DNA from: Candidatus Nomurabacteria bacterium
GTDB lineage: Bacteria > Patescibacteriota > Minisyncoccia > Phycocordibacterales > UBA10002
Assembly: GCA_943349725.1 (NCBI GenBank)
Contig: CALQZP010000001.1
Span: forward strand, 5,401 to 69,400
Length of the DNA stretch: 64,000 nt
Direction of reading: 5' to 3'
The notes below the pieces were generated by a model. The model had not been told where the DNA came from and did not search any database. It saw only the letters and a program-made list of their open reading frames with translations. Positions 9,529-17,916 of this stretch are shown one piece after another (the first letter of the stretch is position 1; each line of letters begins with the position of its first letter). A program made the translations under genes and the position numbers.

Positions 9529-9624
9529 TTGTTGTGGTGAACGCCGAATCGCTCACCGTTAACCCAAAGAACTATCGCGCAAAGCGGTGCGCGAGCCCGT
9601 TTTAGAAAACGGGCAAAATGTTAC
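9529..9624 (-). repeat. array spacer direct repeat, copy 2
   Basis: Matches 8695-8791. Confidence 0.95.
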
Positions 9625-9657
9625 CCTTTCACCGCCCCGTAGGACGGCGGGAGGTGA

Positions 9658-10119
9658 TCAATACCCGACTGGGTACCACCACCTGGTGTGGCTCGGTCCC
9701 GGCTTCCACCTTGTCCCCGTGTCGGGGTGGGACTCGAATCCCTCCTGGTGGTTGGGGGTGTAAAACCCCTTCTCCACCTCCTCGTCCAAGTAGACGAGGT
9801 CGTTGAGGGTGGCCCGGCGGAGATGGGCCCAGTTATGCCTACACACGGAGCTCCCGCCCCAGTGGGAGACTCGTTGCGAGTCAACCCCCTCCCTGTACAC
9901 CCATGGGAGGGTGAACAGGGAATTCTCCCTGTTGTTTCTGGCCGAAACAACAACCCCCTGCTGATAGTGGGTTCCAAGAACCCACCCCTCCATATCGAGG
10001 GTGGCGTAGAAAACCCCGTCCTGCTGGTGCAGGTGACGGATGGACCCCTCCTTCGAGAAGTCCATAATTTCCGCCAACGAACCCGCCACCGCCACTCCCG
10101 TAATTTCAATTTTTTTCAT
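9658..10119 (-). CDS. hypothetical protein, array 1 gene 1
   Basis: ATG with SD AAGAAGGAAG; 153 aa. Confidence 0.75.
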   Translation of the reverse strand: MKKIEITGVAVAGSLAEIMDFSKEGSIRHLHQQDGVFYATLDMEGWVLGTHYQQGVVVSARNNRENSLFTLPWVYREGVDSQRVSHWGGSSVCRHNWAHLRRATLNDLVYLDEEVEKGFYTPNHQEGFESHPDTGTRWKPGPSHTRWWYPVGY

Positions 10120-10149
10120 TTTCTTCCTTCTTTTTCTCTTTTTTTTGTT

Positions 10150-10446
10150 GTTTGTTTCTTTGAACCCTGTTTAAAGTCGATGATTCAACGACTTTTGCCC
10201 AATGCTTACACAACATCGAGCTACCGAAACGACCGATTTCTCGGTCCTACCCAGAGCCTCCAGTTGGGCCAAGGGTGCTCTATCTCGGAATCGCAGTTAA
10301 TGAAATGCGACCCCTCTTGCTCTGCCGACACAGGTCGGCAAGGCGAAGAGGAGTAACATTTCGGAACGAATGACCGCTCCGCGTCTTCCTGTTTGAGGTT
10401 TTATCTTCACCTCAAACTTTCTTCTGCCTATTCGGTTGTCAAAGAA
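10150..10446 (-). ncRNA. putative structured leader RNA of array 1 (homolog at 35590-35760)
   Basis: Blocks conserved with the array 2 leader; multi-stem fold with G-U pairs on the minus strand; boxA-like TTCTTTGACAAC at 10435-10446. Confidence 0.65.
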
Positions 10447-10456
10447 TCAAACATAC

Positions 10457-10485
10457 AGTATACCATGTACCATATATAAAGTCAA
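10457..10485 (-). promoter_or_regulatory. sigma70 promoter of array 1
   Basis: TTGACT-17 bp-TATACT with extended -10 TG. Confidence 0.8.
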
Positions 10486-10749
10486 TAGGTGGGGAGGGCT
10501 GAAAAAGCTATGATTAGAGCCATGAAAAACTCCGCCTTTATTGATGCGCAAACTGAAAAAGGAAGTCAGAGAGAAGATAACAGGACTTATGTACACCCCT
10601 CCCGCGCTAGACGCGTGTGTGCTCCCCTTGTTAGGGGAGAATTAAGACAAAGTTGCGTAAGTCCTAGATAAATTATATGAATAATCTTAATCATAAAATC
10701 GGCAGAGGTTGGAAACGAAAACGCACCGCGCAGACACGAGGACTGCGAG

Positions 10750-12072
10750 ATGCGTTTTCTTGTGAATGAACCTATGATAGCAGACCAAACAGAAAAGTCA
10801 GCAGGGTACGAGATGCCTCCGGCCGTACACGGAATGTCCTTACGGCATCTGGTCAGCACTCTCAAACTCCCCTACCACTACCTGCTCGCCATGCTTGGGG
10901 CCATTATTTATGGCTTCCCTTCACGAAAGTTAAACGTTATCGCCGTAACCGGAACTAAGGGTAAGAGCTCGGTAGTGGAGCTCATAAGCGCATTACTTGA
11001 TGAAGCGGGGTATAAAACCGCGCACGCTTCCACCATTCATTTCAAGATTGGCGACAAGATTGAACGGAATATGCACAAGATGACGATGCCGGGACGTTTT
11101 TTCCTCCAACATTTTCTGCGTAAAGCCGTTCAAGCCGGATGCACCCATGCGGTGATTGAGATGACCTCGGAAGGAGCACGACAGTTCAGACATAAGTTCA
11201 TCTTCCTCAATGCGCTTATCTTTACGAACCTCGCGCCAGAACACCTTGAGTCGCACGGCTCATACGAAAACTATGTTCGCGCCAAAGTGTCTATCGCGCG
11301 CGAACTTGAGAAATCACCAAAGAAAAATAAAATGCTTATTGTAAACGGTGAGGATGCGGAAGCGCACCGATTTCTGGAAGTGTTTACCGGCACCAAAAAG
11401 ATATTTAGTGCGAAGGACGCGGGAGGGCCGGTGGTTACGTCAGAGGGGATTTCATTCAATTGGCAGGGCGTTCGTATAGAATCATCACTTCCGGGGAAAT
11501 TTAACCTGTACAATATTCTTGCCACAGTAACGTATGCGGATACTCTAGGTATACCGTTGGAGAAAATTCAGTCAGGGATCAAGAAAATGAGGGGTATTTT
11601 GGGACGTGCACAAAAGATTGAAGGATCCGATTTCTCGGTCATCGTCGACTATGCGCACACTCCCGAATCACTTGAGCAGTTCTATGAAACCTACGCCGGA
11701 AAATACAAGCGGTGCATTTTGGGAAATACGGGAGGAGGGAGGGACACCTGGAAGCGTCCGGTGATGGCGGGTATTGCCGAAAAATACTGCGATGAGGTTA
11801 TTCTTACCAATGAAGACCCATACGACGAAGACCCCGAGAGGATTATTAGGGAGATGGCCGTCGGAATGAAGTACAAAGAACCATTACTCATTCTTGATCG
11901 TAGGACGGCTATCCGCGCAGCACTCCAAAAATCAACTAAAGGTGATTTTGTGCTCATTACCGGCAAAGGAACCGACCCGTTTATTATGGGTCCGAACGGC
12001 ACCAAAGAGGCGTGGGATGACGCAACCGTGGTGAAGGAGGAATTGCAGAAAATCCTAAATTCTAATATCTAA
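10750..12072 (+). CDS. murE: UDP-N-acetylmuramyl-tripeptide synthetase
   Basis: VTGTKGKSS, FTNLAPEHLESH, VDYAHTP, EDPYDEDP, GKG; true start possibly 10834. Confidence 0.92.
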   Translation: MRFLVNEPMIADQTEKSAGYEMPPAVHGMSLRHLVSTLKLPYHYLLAMLGAIIYGFPSRKLNVIAVTGTKGKSSVVELISALLDEAGYKTAHASTIHFKIGDKIERNMHKMTMPGRFFLQHFLRKAVQAGCTHAVIEMTSEGARQFRHKFIFLNALIFTNLAPEHLESHGSYENYVRAKVSIARELEKSPKKNKMLIVNGEDAEAHRFLEVFTGTKKIFSAKDAGGPVVTSEGISFNWQGVRIESSLPGKFNLYNILATVTYADTLGIPLEKIQSGIKKMRGILGRAQKIEGSDFSVIVDYAHTPESLEQFYETYAGKYKRCILGNTGGGRDTWKRPVMAGIAEKYCDEVILTNEDPYDEDPERIIREMAVGMKYKEPLLILDRRTAIRAALQKSTKGDFVLITGKGTDPFIMGPNGTKEAWDDATVVKEELQKILNSNI

Positions 12073-12180
12073 ATTCTAAACAAACCACAAAAATTGAAAA
12101 CCTAAACGAGGTTGGTTTATGGCTTTGTGATTTGGATTTTAGAATTTGTTTAGATTTTAGAGTTTCGTTTTTAGATATTC
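12052..12180. repeat. inverted pair of heptamer tandem tracts (similar at 3118-3232, 21073-21107, 24765-24900, 26560-26700, 45148-45232, 50585-50842, 52305-52415, 59110-59207)
   Basis: (TCTAAAT)n-like tract facing its reverse complement in intergenic DNA. Confidence 0.75.
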
Positions 12181-12186
12181 CACTTC

Positions 12187-13443
12187 CTAGTGGCTGTATT
12201 TTTCATTCAGCTTCTGGAGCGTCAGCTCTCCCACAGTTCCGGAAGGCGGAAGTCCATGCTTTTCCTGAAAATCTTTGACCGCAAGTATCGTGCAGGGACC
12301 GAAACTTCCCGTGAGCGGACAATCTCGTTTGCTTTTTCCTTCCGGTGGATACATTTCCTCGAGGAGAAGCGCGGTTTGTAGTGAAAGCACGCTCGGGTTC
12401 CCGCCTCCTCCCGCAACGAGGGGTTCACTCCAGTTATGGGGCAAAAGTGTCGTCGGATATTTTTGGAAAATCTCTCCATTCTTTCCGAAAAAACGATTGA
12501 GTCCCTGATAGGTCTGAAACGCCAGCTCCTTGAGGACGCGCGCACGAACCTCCGGGCCGATGAACTTTTGTTCGTAAATATAGCCATATTCAATAAGGAC
12601 GGAGGCGGGGTCAAGCGTGTTGTACGAACCGATGGCAATAAGCCCTTGGTCTTCCACTATTCCGCTATCTTCAATGGGTAGATTGCTTTCCGCATAAAAC
12701 TTAAGAAATTGCTTGAGTAACGAAAGTGCCACCTCCTTGCTTGCCCGCGCATTTGAAAACTGCGAATCGGGAACGTAGAGCGCAAACCCACTATAGCGAC
12801 CTGTCTTATGACTACGCCTCCCGGGGTAGTCATTGAAGTGAATATGAAGCACGATGTCCACCCGGTGCTCATTTGCCCACTTGTTAAACGAGTAGAGCTT
12901 TGTCGCCACTTCATTCGGCGCGGAATTGTGTATCACTCCGTCAGTAAGATGCACACTCCCGGCGCGCACGAGTTCGCGCATCGTCTGTTTTTTCTCGGCG
13001 ACAAAAGTGGCAATCATATCGCGCTCCGTTTCAAAATAATTTTGAAATTCGGGAGCGTACCCTTTCGTGGTCCGCGTAAGAATCGGCTCATAGGCAGAAT
13101 CGGCCGAGAGAAGTCTCGCGAGCTCCTCCCCTACAACAACATTCATGTCAGCCTCGCGCACGCCCTGAAACTCCGTGCCCCAGGCATCGTTGTCATGCCC
13201 GGGAACAATGAGGACTCGCAGTTTACGTTCCCCGTGTGTCGCCCGAGTATAGATTTCCTGTAACTGCTCGGGGGTAACACTCTCCGTAAAAAAGACGCCT
13301 GCAAATAACCGGTCAACATCCTGAAAAGAAAGGAGTGGGGAATGGGACACACTGAAGGAAACCACAAGAGCGGTTCCACAGCACGACACGGCAAAAAGTC
13401 TTAAAAAGCGCTTCACCGCTCCAGTATACCAGGAAAAGTTCAA
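12187..13443 (-). CDS. N-acetylmuramoyl-L-alanine amidase with C-terminal peptidoglycan-binding domain
   Basis: IVPGH, E, LHIHFN, LIEYGY; AVKDFQEKHGL..GTVG. Confidence 0.88.
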   Translation of the reverse strand: MNFSWYTGAVKRFLRLFAVSCCGTALVVSFSVSHSPLLSFQDVDRLFAGVFFTESVTPEQLQEIYTRATHGERKLRVLIVPGHDNDAWGTEFQGVREADMNVVVGEELARLLSADSAYEPILTRTTKGYAPEFQNYFETERDMIATFVAEKKQTMRELVRAGSVHLTDGVIHNSAPNEVATKLYSFNKWANEHRVDIVLHIHFNDYPGRRSHKTGRYSGFALYVPDSQFSNARASKEVALSLLKQFLKFYAESNLPIEDSGIVEDQGLIAIGSYNTLDPASVLIEYGYIYEQKFIGPEVRARVLKELAFQTYQGLNRFFGKNGEIFQKYPTTLLPHNWSEPLVAGGGGNPSVLSLQTALLLEEMYPPEGKSKRDCPLTGSFGPCTILAVKDFQEKHGLPPSGTVGELTLQKLNEKYSH

Positions 13444-13489
13444 GCCACTGATTTGGGAAAGTGCGCTATTTGTTCTACAATTACCTCAC

Positions 13490-14417
13490 TATGGACGATG
13501 CAAAATGGTTTGTTGGGTTTCTTTTGGTTTTCGGGATTATCTGGCTGAGCGGAAAAAGCAATCCATCAAGACAGCCTTCCCCGCACGCGACCTCAACCCC
13601 CAAGACAAGGGGTATTCCCGCAGAGGTGGGTCCTCGAAGAGGAACACCCAAAAAAGAAGTGATCTCCGCCCCGCCAGCGAGTACCGTTTTACCTAGCGCC
13701 CCCATTTCCACGACACCTTCCGAGGATATCTCCCCTTTTTACGGCCGGCTAACCATTGGTTCGCTAAATCGCGGTACACTAGGAAACGAATACGTCATCA
13801 TTCAGGCTTCAAGTAAGAACGTCGGTGACACGGACATCACCGGAGTCACCATTAGAAGTGGGATAGGCCTTACCGGAGAAACTATCGGCAAGGGGTGGAC
13901 GGCCTATTTCCCGGGAACTGTTGGTGAGGGTGACCCTATACTCCTCCGCCCTGGAAACCGGGTGTATGTTCTTTCAGGACGTCCGCCAGGAGGAATGACA
14001 CTACCGTCAAAGGGCGGTTTCCAGCTTAACCTATGCACCGGTTTTTTTGAGCAGGGACAGAATTTTTATCCTGGACTACCGCTTCAGTGTCCTCGTCCAG
14101 AAAACGGGCCACTCCTCTCTTCGGGAGATATCTTGAGCGAAGATTGCTATACCTACCTTAAGCGCATACCCCGCTGTACCGTCCCCTCATCGGTTCCTAA
14201 GAATCTCGCTTCGGACGGAAATTGTCGCGCGTACGCGCTTACCAAAATAAACTACGGACAATGCGTGGTCGATTACCGAAAGGACCCAAGGTTTTTACGG
14301 GGCGAATGGCGCGTGTACCTCGGGCGAGGCACGAGACTGTGGCGTGACGGAAAGGAAATTATAGAAATCTTGGATAAAGACGGGAAACTTATTGCGAGAA
14401 AGCAGTACGGTTCATAG
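13490..14417 (+). CDS. membrane-anchored Cys-containing hypothetical protein (lamin-tail-like)
   Basis: N-terminal TM, Pro-rich linker, NEYVII, NLCTGF, several Cys. Confidence 0.65.
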
Positions 14418-14894
14418 ACATTGGCGCCACGCGAACTGAAAAAGTACAATCCCCGCGGTCACCGAGACATTGAGCGACTCCTTTGTGCCATGCATCGGGA
14501 TTTCAATGATGTGGTCACACTTTTTGAGTATACTTTTCGGAATACCGTCCACTTCATTCCCAAGAATGAGCGCGACCGAACCTTTCGGTCTGTATGTTTT
14601 GTAATTGACCGAGTGCGTGTCTTGCTCCACGGCGACAATGCTCACCTTTTGTTCCTTAAATTTACGGAGGAGAGGTGCAATGGTTTTCTGATACTCCCAC
14701 GAGACACTCGCCTCGGAGCCGAGAGCAACCTTTGCTAAATCTTTCCGAGGAAGGCCGTAGCGGTCTATCGGTGTTGGTGTAGTCCCAATGAGGTACAGCT
14801 TCTCCACCCCTGCCCCATCAGCAGTTCTAAATATGGAGCCTACGTTATGCACACTCCGGATATTATGAAGAATTAAGAAAACCATGACGGGCAC
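14412..14894 (-). CDS. TrmH/SpoU RNA methyltransferase
   Basis: NIRSVHNVGSIFRTAD, GNEVDG, IPMHGTKESLNVSV. Confidence 0.92.
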   Translation of the reverse strand: MPVMVFLILHNIRSVHNVGSIFRTADGAGVEKLYLIGTTPTPIDRYGLPRKDLAKVALGSEASVSWEYQKTIAPLLRKFKEQKVSIVAVEQDTHSVNYKTYRPKGSVALILGNEVDGIPKSILKKCDHIIEIPMHGTKESLNVSVTAGIVLFQFAWRQCL

Positions 14895-14926
14895 TGTAAC
14901 AGGGAACAGCTGGATTGCCTATACGC

Positions 14927-14957
14927 AAAAAGGAGTCGTTTAAAACAGACTCCTTTA
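14927..14957 (-). terminator. terminator directly downstream of DGR TR
   Basis: AAAGGAGTC-loop-GACTCCTTTTT on the minus strand. Confidence 0.7.
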
Positions 14958-14966
14958 ATTGCGAGA

Positions 14967-15086
14967 AACTTCTCGACGAAACCGCACGTTATCGTTCGCG
15001 TTCTGCACGTCGTTGTAATTCACGTTCACCGTACCATTGCTGCGATTGAAGTTCACATACGGCACGTTCTCGTCGGGAAGGCGGTT
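14967..15086 (-). repeat. DGR template repeat (TR)
   Basis: AAC/AAT-rich; ungapped 120-bp match to 15457-15576 with 21 of 24 mismatches at TR adenines. Confidence 0.93.
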
Positions 15087-15145
15087 CGTCCTGTCTTTCT
15101 CCATCCGTAATCTCCGGAAGGCGATTGCTCATCTTCCTGTGTCTT

Positions 15146-15303
15146 ATACCATCTCCAATTAACGCTTGGACATTAACTTATTTCTTAATTTCGAGCGAAA
15201 GACGAGATGGAGTCCGAGCCGTATCGAGATACGGCGAGGACGAAGCGAAGTTTTGTAGCCGAAATTCAGGAATAAGTATGCGATGGTTAATTGGAGATGG
15301 TAT
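15146..15303. mobile_element. MITE-like element between DGR target and TR
   Basis: 18-bp perfect IR ATACCATCTCCAATTAAC/GTTAATTGGAGATGGTAT, inner IR, TTA on both sides. Confidence 0.7.
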
Positions 15304-15417
15304 TACGATGACCAATCGTCATTCGCCGATGCGAACCGACTGAACAGTCGTCTCAAGCATATACAAAAAGCCGATGTGCAACAATCTCTTGTCACACACC
15401 GGCTGGACTTGTTCTTC

Positions 15418-16269
15418 CTATTGCGGAAGTGAAGAAGTTTGAAGGTTTGAAGGAACAACTGCTCGACGAAACCGCACGTCCGCGAGCGCGAGCAGCACGT
15501 CATAGCAATACACGTTCACCCCACCAAGGCCGCGATTGAAGTGCACACACGGCACGCGCTCGTCGGGAAGGCGGGAGTCAGTACAGAAGGTTATAACGCC
15601 TTGGTCCGGATGAACGCTGTACTGTCTCCCATATGCTCGTCCAAAGAGTTGGCGCATAGGAACCGTAGTAGTTGTCCACGGGAGTTCGCGAACGGCAACC
15701 GTATGAAGATTGATCGGACTGTTCGTGCCCTTTCCAAGACATCCATCCGGAGCCTCCTGCTCATCCGCGACCCAAAAGCCAAAGGTACCGGTGTGTTTGT
15801 GCGTCATCTCCACATCGTCAAGGCTTTTATCACCGGAAAATCTCGAGACCTTGCCACCATAGGCTTTTTTATCGGACTGGAAGAAAAACTCCGCCGACTG
15901 CGCCACCTTTTCGTGCATTAGGCAGAAACGGGCTTTGTAGCCGAGGGGTTGGCGTGGGATAAGGAGTCCGGCGAAATCGGTTTTCATGCCGTATTCGTCG
16001 CTCCAGAACTTTTCTTCCCGCTGTGCGAGTTCGCTCGGAATGGTAATAAGCGACGAATCCGTCTTCGTCGATTCTTTGAGCGCAATGCGCTGGTCGCAAC
16101 CGAGATGCGCGACCGTCCGCACCAACTCTGACACCTGCGGATGATTTTCGTTCTTGAGCAAATAATACACTTCAGCATCCGACAGAACGCCGACACTATT
16201 CGCAAATCTGCCCGCGAGGGTCAATCTTTGCTGTACTTCTTCTGTCACCAACAAGGGGGCCTTAGTCAT
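15418..16269 (-). CDS. DGR target protein with C-terminal CLec-like variable region
   Basis: 3' end contains the VR, ending ..DVRFRRAV. Confidence 0.85.
   Translation of the reverse strand: MTKAPLLVTEEVQQRLTLAGRFANSVGVLSDAEVYYLLKNENHPQVSELVRTVAHLGCDQRIALKESTKTDSSLITIPSELAQREEKFWSDEYGMKTDFAGLLIPRQPLGYKARFCLMHEKVAQSAEFFFQSDKKAYGGKVSRFSGDKSLDDVEMTHKHTGTFGFWVADEQEAPDGCLGKGTNSPINLHTVAVRELPWTTTTVPMRQLFGRAYGRQYSVHPDQGVITFCTDSRLPDERVPCVHFNRGLGGVNVYCYDVLLALADVRFRRAVVPSNLQTSSLPQ
15457..15576 (-). repeat. DGR variable repeat (VR)
   Basis: A-to-N substituted copy of TR; imperfect hairpin at ~15369-15405 downstream. Confidence 0.92.
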
Positions 16270-16465
16270 AAGGAATCCTTTTTCTTTTTTTGATTGTTAC
16301 CAAAGGACAGTCGAGATGGCACTAATGCGCGCCATTTTCTGTCCGAAAATACCCTACCATATTTGTCTGTCTGACGTCAAATTTTGAACGAGGACAATGA
16401 GAGGGTCAACGGGGGGTCTGTTCAGTCACCGTTACTTGTCCTTGTTTCTTTGGTATAGTTATTGC

Positions 16466-16870
16466 ATGTTAAGCATCTTCCCCGATTTACTCAACTTTGG
16501 TTTTTTCGCCCCCTTGCTTCTTCGCGTTGCGCTTGGAGTTGTCTTCCTTGGTTTTGGGCGACACACACTAGGCCGTGGTCGTGGGCAACACGGCGCGCTG
16601 TTTGAAGCCATCGGCCTTCGCCAAGGACACCGCTATGTCACTGTCTTCGGTGTGCTTGAAATCGTAGTCGCACTTCTCCTTATCGTCGGCCTCTACACAC
16701 AAGTAGTCGCACTCATTGTATTTATTCTTTCCCTGGAAGCCTACTATCTCAAAGGCAAACACGGTCAGCATATTGAACACCGCCGTCATCTCTTCTTCCT
16801 CATCGGCATTATCGCATTCTCACTTCTCCTCACCGGAGCAGGCGCTCTCGCGTTTGATTTGCCTCTCTAG
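16466..16870 (+). CDS. DoxX family membrane protein
   Basis: LLLRVALG..EIVVALLLIVGLYTQ..LLTGAGALAFD. Confidence 0.85.
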   Translation: MLSIFPDLLNFGFFAPLLLRVALGVVFLGFGRHTLGRGRGQHGALFEAIGLRQGHRYVTVFGVLEIVVALLLIVGLYTQVVALIVFILSLEAYYLKGKHGQHIEHRRHLFFLIGIIAFSLLLTGAGALAFDLPL

Positions 16871-16909
16871 CTTCAAAATCGGAGAGGAGTATGGTATAAC
16901 ACGTGGGTT

Positions 16910-16982
16910 CCGCCCATAGCTCAGCTGGTAGAGCAGCTCGCTTTTAACGAGAAGGTCCTTGGTTCAAATCCAAGTGGGCGGA
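16910..16982 (+). tRNA. tRNA-Lys(TTT)
   Basis: Acceptor CCGCCCA/TGGGCGG, anticodon loop CTTTTAA, GGTTCAAATCC; CCA not encoded. Confidence 0.92.
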
Positions 16983-17017
16983 TAGAAATATGATAGGCAT
17001 GGTACTATACTCGTACC

Positions 17018-17845
17018 GTGGAATCTTTCAAAAATAAGTGCATTGCGCTACGAACGAAGGGGCTCACCCTAAGTCAAATAGTAGCCCGAACAAAACGCCC
17101 GAAAACGTCAGTGTATTTTCATATACGGAATATTCATTTACCCGAAGACCGAAAACAGGAAATACGCCGTGCAGCAACACAAAGATTTATCAATTACAAC
17201 AAGAGTAGAAAAGGTAAAAGCAGGATGAATCGTCATCCAATCCCGTTTGAGAAATGGAACGTGGCTCTTGTGTCCTTAGTGGGACATTTAATCTTTGACG
17301 GGGAAATAAAACACGGCGGATGCGTATATACAAATAGAAGCCTAGCGCTTCTTAAGCACGTTGCTGCGTGTATGCAAACGATATACCCGTTTGCGCCAAA
17401 AAGATACGAATCACTTCCAGGAGTTCATAAAATTGGATACCACAACGTAGAACTAAATGATTTCTTCAAGTCAAAAGCGAAGGAATTGATTGTGAAAATC
17501 AAATGTATGGAAAGAGAACTTCAACGTTCGTTCCTCCGAGCTTTTTTTGACGATGAAGGTTCCGTATACTTTATCGGCAAACGCAGAGCGATTAGAGGCT
17601 ACCAACACAATGCTAAAATGCTACACCTTGTGCAGCATCTGCTAAGAAACTTCAGCATAGAAAGCAAGGTGGACAGTAAATACAACGAAGTTACCATTAC
17701 CCGAAGAGAAAATATCTTACAATTTGCACAAGAAATAAATTTCTCCAAGGGACTGCGGATAAATGGGAATCGTTCAAACAGTATCTGGAAAGAGTCGCTT
17801 GAAAAACGTGAGTTGCTTCGGCGAGCACTTGCGTCATATGAGTGA
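17018..17845 (+). CDS. free-standing LAGLIDADG homing-endonuclease-like protein with N-terminal HTH
   Basis: LVGHLIFDGEI and FLRAFFDDEGSV motifs. Confidence 0.82.
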   Translation: MESFKNKCIALRTKGLTLSQIVARTKRPKTSVYFHIRNIHLPEDRKQEIRRAATQRFINYNKSRKGKSRMNRHPIPFEKWNVALVSLVGHLIFDGEIKHGGCVYTNRSLALLKHVAACMQTIYPFAPKRYESLPGVHKIGYHNVELNDFFKSKAKELIVKIKCMERELQRSFLRAFFDDEGSVYFIGKRRAIRGYQHNAKMLHLVQHLLRNFSIESKVDSKYNEVTITRRENILQFAQEINFSKGLRINGNRSNSIWKESLEKRELLRRALASYE

Positions 17846-17916
17846 CTTGCGTTTTCGACCTCAAGAGCTAGTATAAGGATTGAACAACCAAAACCATCTA
17901 CAGAAAGTTCTTTTTT

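Noticed and set aside
8695-9624. CRISPR array
   Set aside because: Only two ~97-bp repeats separated by a whole gene; no regular short spacers and no cas genes
9621-10109. Alternative-frame ORF of 162 aa
   Set aside because: Overlaps 9658-10119, which has ATG and SD and more protein-like composition
8621-10356. Plus-strand ORFs over array 1 (likewise 29827-30366, 31506-32186, 35238-36002)
   Set aside because: Antisense shadows of GC-rich genes that run across structured non-coding spacers
15087-15417. avd or RT gene in the DGR
   Set aside because: No suitable minus-strand ORF; ORFs 15125-15343 and 15303-15503 overlap a MITE or the VR and lack motifs
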